Of a stretch of DNA of 64,000 bases, positions 1 to 15,000 are shown piece after piece (position 1 is the stretch's first letter; each line of letters starts with the position of its first letter). The notes below the pieces were generated by a model that saw only the letters and a program-made list of their open reading frames with translations, had not been told where the DNA came from and made no database searches. Source of the DNA: Eledone cirrhosa (lineage: Eukaryota). The stretch lies in NCBI GenBank assembly GCA_964016885.1, contig OZ024745.1:84692001-84756000 (forward strand), written 5' to 3'. The position numbers were made by a program, and so were the translations under genes.

Positions 1-3000
1 TTCTTTTGAATTTGCCACTGACCAAGTAGGCAGTGAATTTTTTCAATGTCCTGGAATTTAGTCCCTGCTCGCTTTTTTCCATCCACTGAATTATTTTTAT
101 AGAAGTTCCCTGTGTCCACTCATTGCCTGAGTGCTTAGCTGAGAATAGAATCCCCGATGACGTAAGGATTCTCTATGGGTACGTTACGTAACCATATTAA
201 TTCCCTTACAGAAAATAATTAATTGGCTTGAAATATAAGTAAGTAAATTTTCATAATTTTCTTATTTTACGGCTTTCATATAATTGTTCTGCATCCCATT
301 GCATAGAACCTCAAAGTTACTAAGACAAAACATATATATTTGCTAGCATATGTATACATCCGTATACATATGTTGGCAGATATACTAATTCTTTATAATT
401 ATCTCCAAATTATTTGTTGAGAAAAACTTGCCGAAATTACTACTATGGTTCATGGTAGTAGTTAGGCTCTTGTCTTATTAGCACCCCACTCTCACTGATT
501 AACCTCAGTGTCACGTGATTGATTCTTTTGAATTTGCCACTGACCAAGTAGGCAGTGAATTTTTTCAATGTCCTGGAATTTAGTCCCCGCTCGCTTTTTT
601 CAATCCACTGAATTATTTTTATATAAGTTCCCTGTGTCCACGCATTGCCTGAGTGCTTAGCTGAGAATAGACTCCCCAATGACGTAAGGATTCTCTATGG
701 GTACGTTACGTAACCATATTAATTCCCTTACAGAAACTAATTAATTGGCTTGAAATATAAGTAAGTAAATTTTCATAATTTTCTTATTTTACGGCTTTCA
801 TATAATTGTTCTGCATCCCATTGCATAGAACCTCAAAGTTACTAAGACAAAACATATATATTTGCTAGCATATGTATGCATCCGTATACATATGTTGGTA
901 GATATACTAATTCTTTATATTTATCTCCAAATTATTTGTTGAGAAAAACTTGCCGAAATTACTACTATGGTTCATGGTAGTAGTTAGGCTCTTGTCTTAT
1001 TAGCACTCCACTCCCCACTGTTTAACCTCAGTTTCACGTGATTGATTCTTTTGAATTTGCCACTGACCAGGTACGCAGTGAATTTTTTCAATGTCCTAGA
1101 ATTTAATCCCCGCTCGCTTTTTTCCATCCACTGAATTATTTTTATATAAGTTCCCTGTGTCCACGCATTGCCTGAGTGCTTAGCTGAAAATAGACTTCCT
1201 GATGACGTAAGGATTCTCTATGGGTACGTTACGTAACCATATTTATTCCCTTACAGACACTAATTAGTTGGAGTGAAATATTAGTAATAAGTTAATTTTC
1301 ATAATTTTCTTATTTTACGTCTTTCATATAATTGTTCTGCATCCCATTGCATAGAACCACAAAGTTACTAAGACAAAACATATATATTTGCTAGCATAGG
1401 TATGCATCTGTATACATATGTTGGTAGATATACTAATTCTTTATATATTTATCTCCAAATTATTTCTTGAGCAAAACTTGCCGAAATTACTACTATGGTT
1501 GATGGTGGTAGTTAGGGTCTTGTCTTATTAGCACTCCACTCCTCACAGATTAACCTCAGTGTCACGTGATTGATTCTTTTGAATTTGCCACTGACCAAGT
1601 AGGCAGTGAATTTTTTCAATGTCCTAGAATTTAGTCCCCGCTCACTTTTTTCCATCCACTGAATTATTTTCATATAAGTTCCCTGTGTCCACGCATTGCC
1701 TGAGTGCTTAGCTGAGAATAGACTCCCCGATGACGTAAGGATTCTCTATGGGTACGTTACGTAACCATATTAATTCCCTTACAGAAACTAATTATTTGGA
1801 GTGAAATACAAGTAAGTAAGTTAATCTTCATAATTTTCTTATTTTAAGTCTTTCATATAATTGTTCTGCATCCCATTGCATAGAACCACAAAGTTACTAA
1901 GACAAAACATATATATTTGCTAGCATAGGTATGCATCTGTATACATATGTTGGTAGTTATACTAATTCTTTATATTTTTATCTCCAAATTATTTGTTGAG
2001 CAAAACTTGCCGAAATTACTACTATGGTTCATGGTGGTAGTTAGGGTCTTGTCTTATTAGCACTCCACTCCTCACTGATTAACCTCAGTGTCACGTGATT
2101 GATTCTTTTGAATTTGCCACTGACCAAGTAGGCAGTGAATTTTTTCAATGTCCTGGATTTAGTCCCCGCTCGCTTTTTCCATCCACTGAATTATTTTTAT
2201 ATAAGTTCCCTGTGTCCACGCATTGCCTGGGTGCTTAGCTGAGAATAGACTCCCTGATGACGTAAGGATTCTCTATGGGTACGTTACGTAACCATATTTA
2301 TTCCCTTACAGAAACTAATTATTTGGAGTGAAATACAAGTAAGTAAGTTAATCTTCATAATTTTCTTATTTTAAGTCTTTCATATAATTGTTCTGCATCC
2401 CATTGCATAGAACCACAAAGTTACTAAGACAAAACATATATATTTGCTAGCATAGGTATGCATCTGTATACATATGTTGGTAGTTATACTAATTCTTTAT
2501 ATTTTTATCTCCAAATTATTTGTTGAGCAAAACTTGCCGAAATTACTACTATGGTTCATGGTGGTAGTTAGGGTCTTGTCTTATTAGCACTCCACTCCTC
2601 ACTGATTAACCTCAGTGTCACGTGATTGATTCTTTTGAATTTGCCACTGACCAAGTAGGCAGTGAATTTTTTCAATGTCCTGGATTTAGTCCCCGCTCGC
2701 TTTTTCCATCCACTGAATTATTTTTATATAAGTTCCCTGTGTCCACGCATTGCCTGGGTGCTTAGCTGAGAATAGACTTCCTGATGACGTAAGGATTCTC
2801 TATGGGAACGTTACGTAACCATATTTATTCCCTTACAGACACTAATTAGTTGGAGTGAAATATTAGTAAGTAAGTTAATTTTCATAATTTTCTTATTTTA
2901 CGGCTTTCATATAATTGTTCTGCATCCCATTGCATAGAACCACAAAGTTACTAAGACAAAACATATATATTTGCTAGCATATGTATGCATCCGTATACAT

Positions 3001-4347
3001 ATGTTGGCAGATATACTAATTCTTTATATTATCTCCAAATTATTTGTTGAGAAAAACTTGACGAAATTACTACTATGGTTCATGGTAGCAGTTAGGCTCT
3101 TGTCTTATTAGCACTCCACTCTCACTGATTAACCTCAGTGTCACGTGATTGATTCTTTTGAATTTGCCACTGACCAAGTAGGCGGTGAATTTTTTCAATG
3201 TCCTGGAATTTAGTCCCCGCTCGCTTTTTTCCATCCACTGAATTATTTTTATATAAGTTCCCTGTGTCCACGCATTGCCTGAGTGCTTAGCTGAGAATAG
3301 ACTCCCCGATGACGTAAGGATTCTCTATGGGTACGTTACGTAACCATATTAATTCCGTTACAGAAACTAATTAATTGGCTTGAAATATAAGTAAGTAAAT
3401 TTTCATAATTTTCTTATTTTACGGCTTTCATATAATTGTTCTGCATCCCATTGCATAGAACCTCAAAGTTACTAAGACAAAACATATATATTTGCTAGCA
3501 TATGTATGCATCCGTATACATATGTTGGCAGATATACTAATTCTTTATATTAACTCCAAATTATTTGTTGAGAAAAACTTGCCGAAATTACTACTATGGT
3601 TCATGGTAGTAGTTAGGCTCTTGTCTTATTAGCACTCCACTCTCACTGATTAACCTCAGTGTCACGTGATTGATTCTTTTGAATTTGTCACTGACCAAGT
3701 AGGCAGTGAATTATTTCAATGTCCTGGAATTTAGTCCCTGCTCGCTTTTTTCCATCCACTGAATTATTTTTATATAAGTTCCCTGTGTCCACGTATTGCC
3801 TGGGTGCTTAGCTCAGAATAGACTTCCTAATGACGTAAGGATTCTCTATGGGTACGTTACGTAACCATATTTATTCCCTTACAGACACTAATTAGTTGGA
3901 GTGAAATATTAGTAATTAAGTTAATTTTCATAATTTTCTTATTTTACGGCTATCATATAATTGTTCTGCATCCCATTGCATAGAACCACAACGTTACTAA
4001 GACAAAACATATATATTTGCTAGCATATGTATGCATCCGTATACATATGTTGGCAGATATACTTATTCTTTATATTTACCTCCAAATTATTTGTTGAGAA
4101 AAACTTGCCGAAATTACTACTATGGTTCATGGTAGTAGTTAGGCTCTTGTCTTATTAGCACTCCACTCTCACTGATTAACCTCAGTGTCACGTGATTGAT
4201 TCTTTTGAATTTGCCACTGACCAAGTAGGGAGTGAATTTTTTCAATGTCCTGGAATTTAGTCCCCGCTCTCTTTTTTCCATCCACTGAATTATTTTTATA
4301 TAAGTTCCCTGTGTCCACGCATTGCCTGGGTGCTTAGATGAGAATAG

Positions 4348-4428
4348 ACTCCCTGATGACGTAAGGATTCTCTATGGGTACGTTACGTAACCATATTTAT
4401 TCCCTTACAGAAACTAATTAGTTGGAGT
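4348..4428 (+). ncRNA. Type I hammerhead ribozyme motif inside the satellite-1 monomer (representative intact copy)
   Basis: Stem I ACTCC/GGAGT. Core CTGATGA at 4353-4359. Stem II GTAAGG/CCTTAC encloses TATGG-G-TACG-tta-CGTA-A-CCATA. GAAA at 4410-4413. Palindromic stem III ACTAATTAGT and a GUU cleavage triplet. Stem II is closed by a C.A mismatch. Confidence 0.75.
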
Positions 4429-7400
4429 GGAATTTTAGTAAGTAAGTTAATTTTCATAATTTTGTTATTTTACGTCTTTCATATAATTGTTCTGCATCCC
4501 ATTGCATAGAACCACAAAGTTACTAAGACAAAACATATATATTTGCTAGCATAGGTATGCATCTGTATACATATGTTGGTAGATATACTAATTCTTTATA
4601 TTTTTATCTCCAAATTATTTGTTGAGCAAAACTTGCCGAAATTACTACTATGGTTCATGGTGGTAGTTAGGGTCTTGTCTTATTAGCACTCCACTCTCAC
4701 TGATTAACCTCAGTGTCACGTGATTGATTCTTTTGAATTTGCCACTGACCAAGTAGGCAGTGAATTATTTCAATGTCCTGGAATTTAGTCCCTGCTCGCT
4801 TTCTTCCATCCACTGAATTATTTTTATATAAGTTCCCTGTGTCCACGTATTGCCTGGGTGCTTAGCTCAGAATAGACTTCCTAATGACGTAAGGATTCTC
4901 TATGGGTACGTTACGTAACACAATTTATTCCCTTACAGACACTAATTAGTTGGAGTGAAATATTAGTAAGTAAGTTAATTTTCATAATTTTCTTATTTTA
5001 CGGCTATCATATAATTGTTCTGCATCCCATTGCATAGAACCACAACGTTACTAAGACAAAACATATATATTTGCTAGCATATGTATGCATCCGTATACAT
5101 ATGTTGGCAGATATACTTATTCTTTATATTTACCTCCAAATTATTTGTTGAGAAAAACTTGCCGAAATTACTACTATGGTTCATGGTAGTAGTTAGGCTC
5201 TTGTCTTATTAGCACTCCACTCTCACTGATTAACCTCAGTGTCACGTGATTGATTCTTTTGAATTTGCCACTGACCAAGTAGGGAGTGAATTTTTTCAAT
5301 GTCCTGGAATTTAGTCCCCGCTCTCTTTTTTCCATCCACTGAATTATTTTTATATAAGTTCCCTGTGTCCACGCATTGCCTGGGTGCTTAGATGAGAATA
5401 GACTCCCAGATGACGTAAGGATTCTCTATGGGTACGTTACGTAACCATATTTATTCCCTTACAGAAACTAATTAGTTGGAGTGGAATTTTAGTAAGTAAG
5501 TTAATTTTCATAATTTTCTTATTTTACGTCTTTCATATAATTGTTCTGCATCCCCTTGCATAGAACCACAAAGTTACTAAGACGAAACATATATATTTGC
5601 TAGCATAGGTATGCATCTGAATACATATGTTGGTAGATATACTAATTCTTTATATTTATCTCCAAATTATTTGTTGAGAAAAACTTGCCGAAATTACTAC
5701 TATGGTTTATGGTAGTAGTTAGGCTCTTGTCTTATTAGCAATCCACTCCCCACTGTTTAACCTCCGTTTCACGTGATTGATTCTTTTGAATTTGCCACTG
5801 ACCAGGTACGCAGTGAATTTTTTCAATGTCCTAGAATTTAGTCCCCGCTCGCTTTTTTCCATCCACTGAATTATTTTTATATAAGTTCCCTGTGTCCACG
5901 CATTGCCTGGGTGCTTAGCTGAGAATAGACTTCCTGATGACTTAAGGATTCTCTATGGGTACGTTACGTAACCATATTTATTCCCTTACAGACACTAATT
6001 AGTTGGAGTGAAATATTAGTAAGTAAGTTAATTTTCATAATTTTCTTATTTTACGTCTTTCATATAATTGTTCTGCATCCCATTGCATAGAACCACAAAG
6101 TTACTAAGACAAAACATATATATTTGCTAGCATAGGTATGCATCTGTATACATATGTTGGTAGATATACTAATTCTTTATATTTTTATCTCCAAATTATT
6201 TGTTGAGCAAAACTTGCCGAAATTACTACTATGGTTCATGGTGGTAGTTAGGGTCTTGTCTTATTAGCACTCCACTCCTCACTGATTAACCTCAGTGTCA
6301 CGTGATTGATTCTTTTGAATTTGCCACTGACCAAGTAGGCAGTGAATTTTTTCAATGTCCTCGATTTAGTCCCCGCTCGCTTTTTTCCATCCACTGAATT
6401 ATTTTTATATAAGTTCCCTGTGTCCACGCATTGCCTGGGTGCTTAGCTGAGAATAGACTCCCCGATGACGTAAGGATTCTCTATGGGTACGTTACGTAAC
6501 CATATTTATTCCCTTACAGACACTAATTAGTTGGAGTGAAATATTAGTAATTAAGTTAATTTTCATAATTTTCTTATTTTACGGCTATCATATAATTGTT
6601 CTGCATCCCATTGCATAGAACCACAACGTTACTAAGACAAAACATATATATTTGCTAGCATATGTATGCATCCGTATACATATGTTGGCAGATATACTTA
6701 TTCTTTATATTTATCTCCAAATTATTTGTTGAGAAAAACTTGCCGAAATTACTACTATGGTTCATGGTAGTAGTTAGGCTCTTGTCTTACTAGCACTCCA
6801 CTCTCACTGATTAACCTCAGTGTCACGTGATTGATTCTTTTGAATTTGCCACTGACCAAGTAGGGAGTGAATTTTTTCAATGTCCTGGAATTTAGTCCCC
6901 GCTCTCTTTTTTCCATCCACTGAATTATTTTTATATAAGTTCCCTGTGTCCACGCATTGCCTGGGTGCTTAGATGAGAATAGACTCCCTGATGACGTAAG
7001 GATTCTCTATGGGTACGTTACGTAACCATATTTATTCCCTTACAGAAACTAATTAGTTGGAGTGGAATTTTAGTAAGTAAGTTAATTTTCATAATTTTGT
7101 TATTTTACGTCTTTCATATAATTGTTCTGCATCCCATTGCATAGAACCACAAAGTTACTAAGACAAAACATATATATTTGCTAGCATAGGTATGCATCTG
7201 TATACATATGTTGGTAGATATACTAATTCTTTATATTTTTATCTCCAAATTATTTGTTGAGCAAAACTTGCCGAAATTACTACTATGGTTCATGGTGGTA
7301 GTTAGGGTCTTGTCTTATTAGCACTCCACTCCTCACTGATTAACCTCAGTGTCACGTGATTGATTCTTTTGAATTTGCCACTGACCAAGTAGGCAGTGAA

Positions 7401-10400
7401 TTTTTTCAATGTCCTGGATTTAGTCCCCGCTCGCTTTTTTCCATCCACTGAATTATTTTTATATAAGTTCCCTGTGTCCACGCATTGCCTGGGTGCTTAG
7501 CTGAGAATAGACTCCCCGATGACGTAAGGATTCTCTATGGGTACGTTACGTAACCATATTTATTCCCTTACAGACACTAATTAGTTGGAGTGAAATATTA
7601 GTAAGTAAGTTAATTTTCATAATTTTCTTATTTTACGGCTTTCATATAATTGTTCTGCATCCCATTGCATAGAACCACAAAGTTACTAAGACAAAACATA
7701 TATATTTGCTAGCATATGTATGCATCCGTATACATATGTTGGCAGATATACTAATTCTTTATATTATCTCCAAATTATTTGTTGAGAAAAACTTGACGAA
7801 ATTACTACTATGGTTCATGGTAGCAGTTAGGCTCTTGTCTTATTAGCACTCCACTCTCACTGATTAACCTCAGTGTCACGTGATTGATTCTTTTGAATTT
7901 GCCACTGACCAAGTAGGCAGTGAATTATTTCAATGTCCTGGAATTTAGTCCCTGCTCGCTTTCTTCCATCCACTGAATTATTTTTATATAAGTTCCCTGT
8001 GTCCACGTATTGCCTGGGTGCTTAGCTCAGAATAGACTTCCTAATGACGTAAGGATTCTCTATGGGTACGTTACGTAACCATATTTATTCCCTTACAGAC
8101 ACTAATTAGTTGGAGTGAAATATTAGTAAGTTAATTTTCATAATTTTCTTATTTTACGGCTATCATATAATTGTTCTGCATCCCATTGCATAGAACCACA
8201 ACGTTACTAAGACAAAACATATATATTTGCTAGCATATGTATGCATCCGTATACATATGTTGGCAGATATACTTATTCTTTATATTTACCTCCAAATTAT
8301 TTGTTGAGAAAAACTTGCCGAAATTACTACTATGGTTCATGGGAGTAGTTAGGCTCTTGTCTTATTAGCACTCCACTCTCACTGATTAACCTCAGTGTCA
8401 CGTGATTGATTCTTTTGAATTTGCCACTGACCAAGTAGGGAGTGAATTTTTTCAATGTCCTGGAATTTAGTCCCCGCTCTCTTTTTTCCATCCACTGAAT
8501 TATTTTTATATAAGTTCCCTGTGTCCACGCATTGCCTGGGTGCTTAGATGAGAATAGACTCCCTGATGACGTAAGGATTCTCTATGGGTACGTTACGTAA
8601 CCATATTTATTCCCTTACAGAAACTAATTAGTTGGAGTGGAATTTTAGTAAGTAAGTTAATTTTCATAATTTTCTTATTTTACGTCTTTCATATAATTGT
8701 TCTGCATCCCCTTGCATAGAACCACAAAGTTACTAAGACAAAACATATATATTTGCTAGCATAGGTATGCATCTGAATACATATGTTGGTAGATATACTA
8801 ATTCTTTATATTTATCTCCAAATTATTTGTTGAGAAAAACTTGCCGAAATTACTACTATGGTTTATGGTAGTAGTTAGGCTCTTGTCTTATTAGCAATCC
8901 ACTCCCCACTGTTTAACCTCAGTTTCACGTGATTGATTCTTTTGAATTTGCCACTGACCAGGTACGCAGTGAATTTTTTCAATGTCCTAGAATTTAGTCC
9001 CCGCTCGCTTTTTTCCATCCACTGAATTATTTTTATATAAGTTCCCTGTGTCCACGCATTGCCTGGGTGCTTAGCTGAGAATAGACTTCCTGATGACGTA
9101 AGGATTCTCTATGGGTACGTTACGTAACCATATTTATTCCCTTACAGACACTAATTAGTTGGAGTGAAATATTAGTAAGTAAGTTAATTTTCATAATTTT
9201 CTTATTTTACGTCTTTCATATAATTGTTCTGCATCCCATTGCATAGAACCACAAAGTTACTAAGACAAAACATATATATTTGCTAGCATAGGTATGCATC
9301 TGTATACATATGTTGGTAGATATACTAATTCTTTATATTTTTATCTCCAAATTATTTGTTGAGCAAAACTAGCCGAAATTACTACTATGGTTCATGGTGG
9401 TAGTTAGGGTCTTGTCTTATTAGCACTCCACTCCTCACTGATTAACCTCAGTGTCACGTGATTGATTCTTTTGAATTTGCCACTGACCAAGTAGGCAGTG
9501 AATTTTTTCAATGTCCTGGATTTAGTCCCCGCTCGCTTTTTTCCATCCACTGAATTATTTTTATATAAGTTCCCTGTGTCCACGCATTGCCTGGGTGCTT
9601 AGCTGAGAATAGACTCCCCGATGACGTAAGGATTCTCTATGGGTACGTTACGTAACCATATTTATTCCCTTACAGAAACTAATTAGTTGGAGTGGAATTT
9701 TAGTAAGTAAGTTAATTTTCATAATTTTCTTATTTTACGTCTTTCATATAATTGTTCTGCATCCCCTTGCATAGAACCACAAAGTTACTAAGACAAAACA
9801 TATATATTTGCTAGCATATGTATGCATCCGTATACATATGTTGGCAGATATACTAATTCTTTATATTTATCTCCAAATTGTTTGTTGAGAAAAACTTGCC
9901 GAAATTACTACTATGGTTCATGGTAGTAGTTAGGCTCTTGTCTTATTAGCACTCCACTTTCACTGATTAACCTAAGTGTCACGTGATTGATTCTTTTGAA
10001 TTTGCCACTGACCAAGTAGGCGGTGAATTTTTTCAATGTCCTGGAATTTAGTCACCGCTCGCTTTTTTCCATCCACTGAATTATTTTTATATAAGTTCCC
10101 TGTGTCCACGCATTGCCTGAGTGCTTAGCTGAGGATAGACTCCCCGATGACGTAAGGATTCTCTATGGGTACGTTACGTAACCATATTAATTCCCTTACA
10201 GAAACTAATTAATTGGCTTGAAATATAAGTAAGTAAATTTTCATAATTTTCTTATTTTACGGCTTTCATATAATTGTTCTGCATCCCATTGCATAGAACC
10301 TCAAAGTTACTAAGACAAAACATATATATTTGCTAGCATATGTATGCATCCGTATACATATGTTGGCAGATATAATAATTCTTTATATTAACTCCAAATT

Positions 10401-12062
10401 ATTTGTTGAGAAAAACTTGCCGAAATTACTACTATGGTTCATGGTAGTAGTTAGGCTCTTGTCTTATTAGCACTCCACTCTCACTGATTAACCTCAGTGT
10501 CACGTGATTGATTCTTTTGAATTTGCCACTGACCAAGTAGGCAGTGAATTATTTCAATGTCCTGGAATTTAGTCCCTGCTCGCTTTTTTCCATCCACTGA
10601 ATTATTTTTATATAAGTTCCCTGTGTCCACGTATTGCCTGGGTGCTTAGCTCAGAATAGACTTCCTGATGACGTAAGGATTCTCTATGGGTACGTTACGT
10701 AACCATATTTATTCCCTTACAGACACTAATTAGTTGGAGTGAAATATTAGTAAGTAAGTTAATTTTCAGAACTTTCTTATTTTACGTCTTTCATATAATT
10801 GTTCTGCATCCCATTGCATAGAACCACAAAGTTACTAAGACAAAACATATATATTTGCTAGCATAGGTATGCATCTGTATACATATGTTGGTAGATATAC
10901 TAATTCTTTATATTTTTATCTCCAAATTATTTGTTGAGCAAAACTTGCCGAAATTACTACTATGGTTCATGGTGGTAGTTAGGGTCTTGTCTTATTAGCA
11001 CTCCACTCCTCACTGATTAACCTCAGTGTCACGTGATTGATTCTTTTGAATTTGCCACTGACCAAGTAGGCAGTGAATTTTTTCAATGTCCTGGATTTAG
11101 TCCCCGCTCGCTTTTTTCCATCCACTCACAGAATTATTTTTATATAAGTTCCCTGTGTCCACGCATTGCCTGGGTGCTTAGCTGAGAATAGACTCCCTGA
11201 TGACGTAAGGATTCTCTATGGGAACGTTACGTAACCATATTTATTCCCTTACAGACACTAATTAGTTGGAGTGAAATATTAGTAAGTAAGTTAATTTTCA
11301 TAATTTTCTTATTTTACGGCTTTCATATAATTGTTCTGCATCCCATTGCATAGAACCACAAAGTTACTAAGACAAAACATATATATTTGCTAGCATATGT
11401 ATGCATCCGTATACATATGTTGGCAGATATACTAATTCTTTATATTTATCTCCAAATTATTTGTTGAGAAAAACTTGACGAAATTACTACTATGGTTCAT
11501 GGTAGCAGTTAGGCTCTTGTCTTATTAGCACTCCACTCTCACTGATTAACCTCAGTGTCACGTGATTGATTCTTTTGAATTTGCCACTGACCAAGTAGGC
11601 GGTGAATTTTTTCAATGTCCTGGAATTTAGTCCCCGCACGCTTTTTTCCATCCACTGAATTATTTTTATATAAGTTCCCTGTGTCCACGCATTGCCTGAG
11701 TGCTTAGCTGAGAATAGACTCCCCGATGACGTAAGGATTCTCTATGGGTACGTTACGTAACCATATTAATTCCGTTACAGAAACTAATTAATTGGCTTGA
11801 AATATAAGTAAGTAAATTTTCATAATTTTCTTATTTTACGGCTTTCATATAATTGTTCTGCATCCCATTGCATAGAACCTCAAAGTCACTAAGACAAAAC
11901 ATATATATTTGCTAGCATATGTATGCATCCGTATACATATGTTGGCAGATATACTAATTCTTTATATTAACTCCAAATTATTTGTTGAGAAAAACTTGCC
12001 GAAATTACTACTATGGTTCATGGTAGTAGTTAGGCTCTTGTCTTATTAGCACTCCACTCTCA

Positions 12063-15000
12063 CTGATTAACCTCAGTGTCACGTGATTGATTCTTTTGAA
12101 TTTGGCACTGACCAAGTAGGCAGTGAATTATTTCAATGTCCTGGAATTCAGTCCCTGCTCGCTTTTTTCCATCCACTGAATTATTTTTATATAAGTTCCC
12201 TGTGTCCACGCATTGCCTGGGTGCTTAGCTGAGAATAGACTCCCTGATGACGTAAGGATTCTCTATGGGTACGTTACGTAACCATATTTATTCCCTTACA
12301 GAAACTAATTAGTTGGAGTGGAATTTTAGTAAGTAAGTTAATTTTCATAATTTTCTTATTTTACGTCTTTCATATAATTGTTCTGCATCCCCTTGCATAG
12401 AACCACAAAGTTACTAAGACAAAACATATATATTTGCTAGCATAGGTATGCATCTGAATACATATGTTGGTAGATATACTAATTCTTTATATTTATCTCC
12501 AAATTATTTGTTGAGAAAAACTTGCCGAAATTACTACTATGGTTCATGGTAGTAGTTAGGCTCTTGTCTTATTAGCACTCCACTCTCACTGATTAACCTC
12601 AGTGTCACGTGATTGATTCTTTTGAATTTGGCACTGACCAGGTACGCAGTGAATTTTTTCAATGTCCTAGAATTTAGTCCCCGCTCGCTTTTTTCCATCC
12701 ACTGAATTATTTTTATATAAGTTCCCTGTGTCCACGCATTGCCTGGGTGCTTAGCTGAGAATAGACTTCCTGATGACGTAAGGATTCTCTATGGGTACGT
12801 TACGTAACCATATTTATTCCCTTACAGACACTAATTAGTAGGAGTGAAATATTAGTAAGTAAGTTAATTTTCATAATTTTGTTATTTTACGTCTTTCATA
12901 TAATTGTTCTGCATCCCATTGCATAGAACCACAAAGTTACTAAGACAAAACATATATATTTGCTAGCATAGGTATGCATCTGTATACATATGTTGGTAGA
13001 TATACTAATTCTTTATATTTTTATCTCCAAATTATTTGTTGAGCAAAACTTGCCGAAATTACTACTATGGTTCATGGTGGTAGTTAGGGTCTTGTCTTAT
13101 TAGCACTCCACTCCTCACTGATTAACCTCAGTGTCACGTGATTGATTCTTTTGAATTTGCCACTGACCAAGTAGGCAGTGAATTTTTTCAATGTCCTGGA
13201 TTTAGTCCCCGCTCGCTTTTTTCCATCCACTGAATTATTTTTATATAAGTTCCCTGTGTCCACGTATTGCCTGGGTGCTTAGCTGAGAATAGACTTCCTA
13301 ATGACGTAAGGATTCTCTATGGGTACGTTACGTAACCATATTAATTCCCTTACAGAAACTAATTATTTGGAGTGAAATATATGTAAGTAAGTTAATTTAC
13401 ATAATTTTCTTATTTTACGTCTTTCATATAATTGTTCTGCATCACCTTGCATAGAACCACAAAGTTACTAAGACAAAACATATATATTTGCTAGCATATG
13501 TATGCATCCGTATACATATGTTGGCAGATATACTAATTCTTTATATTTAACTCCAAATTGTTTGTTGAGAAAAACTTGCCGAAATTACTACTATGGTTCA
13601 TGGTAGTAGTTAGGCTCTTGTCTTATTAGCACTCCACTCTCACTGATTAACCTCAGTGTCACGTGATTGATTCTTTTGAATTTGCCACTGACCAAGTAGG
13701 CAGTGAATTATTTCAATGTCCTGGAATTTAGTCCCTGCTCGCTTTTTTCCATCCACTGAATTATTTTTATATAAGTTCCCTGTGTCCACGTATTGCCTGG
13801 GTGCTTAGCTCAGAATAGACTTCCTGATGACGTAAGGATTCTCTATGGGTACGTTACGTAACCATATTTATTCCCTTACAGACACTAATTAGTTGGAGTG
13901 AAATATTAGTAAGTAAGTTAATTTTCATAATTTTCTTATTTTAAGTCTTTCATATAATTGTTCTGCATCCCATTGCATAGAACCACAAAGTTACTAAGAC
14001 AAAACATATATATTTGCTAGCATAGGTATGCATCTGTATACATATGCTGGTAGATATACTAATTCTTTATATTTTTATCTCCAAATTATTTGTTGAGCAA
14101 AACTTGCCGAAATTACTACTATGGTTCATGGTGGTAGTTAGGGTCTTGTCTTATTAGCACTCCACTCCTCACTGATTAACCTCAGTGTCACGTGATTGAT
14201 TCTTTTGAATTTGCCACTGACCAAGTAGGTAGTGAATTTTTTCAATGTCCTGGATTTAGTCCCCGCTCGCTTTTTTCCATCCACTCACTGAATTATTTTT
14301 ATATAAGTTCCCTGTGTCCACGCATTGCCTGGGTGCTTAGCTGAGAATAGACTCCCTGATGACGTAAGGATTCTCTATGGGTACGTTACGTAACCATATT
14401 TATTCCCTTACAGAAACTAATTAGTTGGAGTGGAATTTTAGTAAGTAAGTTAATTTTCATAATTTTCTTATTTTACGTCTTTCATATAATTGTTCTGCAT
14501 CCCCTTGCATAGAACCACAAAGTTACTAAGACAAAACATATATATTTGCTAGCATAGGTATGCATCTGTATACATATGTTGGTAGATATACTAATTCTTT
14601 ATATTTACCTCCAAATTATTTGTTGAGAAAAACTTTCCGAAATTACTACTATGGTTGATGGTAGTAGTTAGGCTCTTGTCTTATTAGCACTCCACTCTCA
14701 CTGATTAACCTCAGTGTCACGTGATTGATTCTTTTGAATTTGGCACTGACCAAGTAGGCAGTGAATTATTTCAATGTCCTGGAATTCAGTCCCTGCTCGC
14801 TTTTTTCCATCCACTGAATTATTTTTATATAAGTTCCCTGTGTCCACGCATTGCCTGGGTGCTTAGCTGAGAATAGACTCCCTGATGACGTAAGGATTCT
14901 CTATGGGTACGTTACGTAACCATATTTATTCCCTTACAGAAACTAATTAGTTGGAGTGGAATTTTAGTAAGTAAGTTAATTTTCATAATTTTCTTATTTT

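Noticed and set aside
155-195. bZIP (TGACGTAA, GTTACGTAAC) and E-box (TCACGTGA) sites in satellite 1
   Set aside because: The bZIP-like words are better explained as hammerhead core and stem II sequence. There is no independent support for transcription-factor binding.
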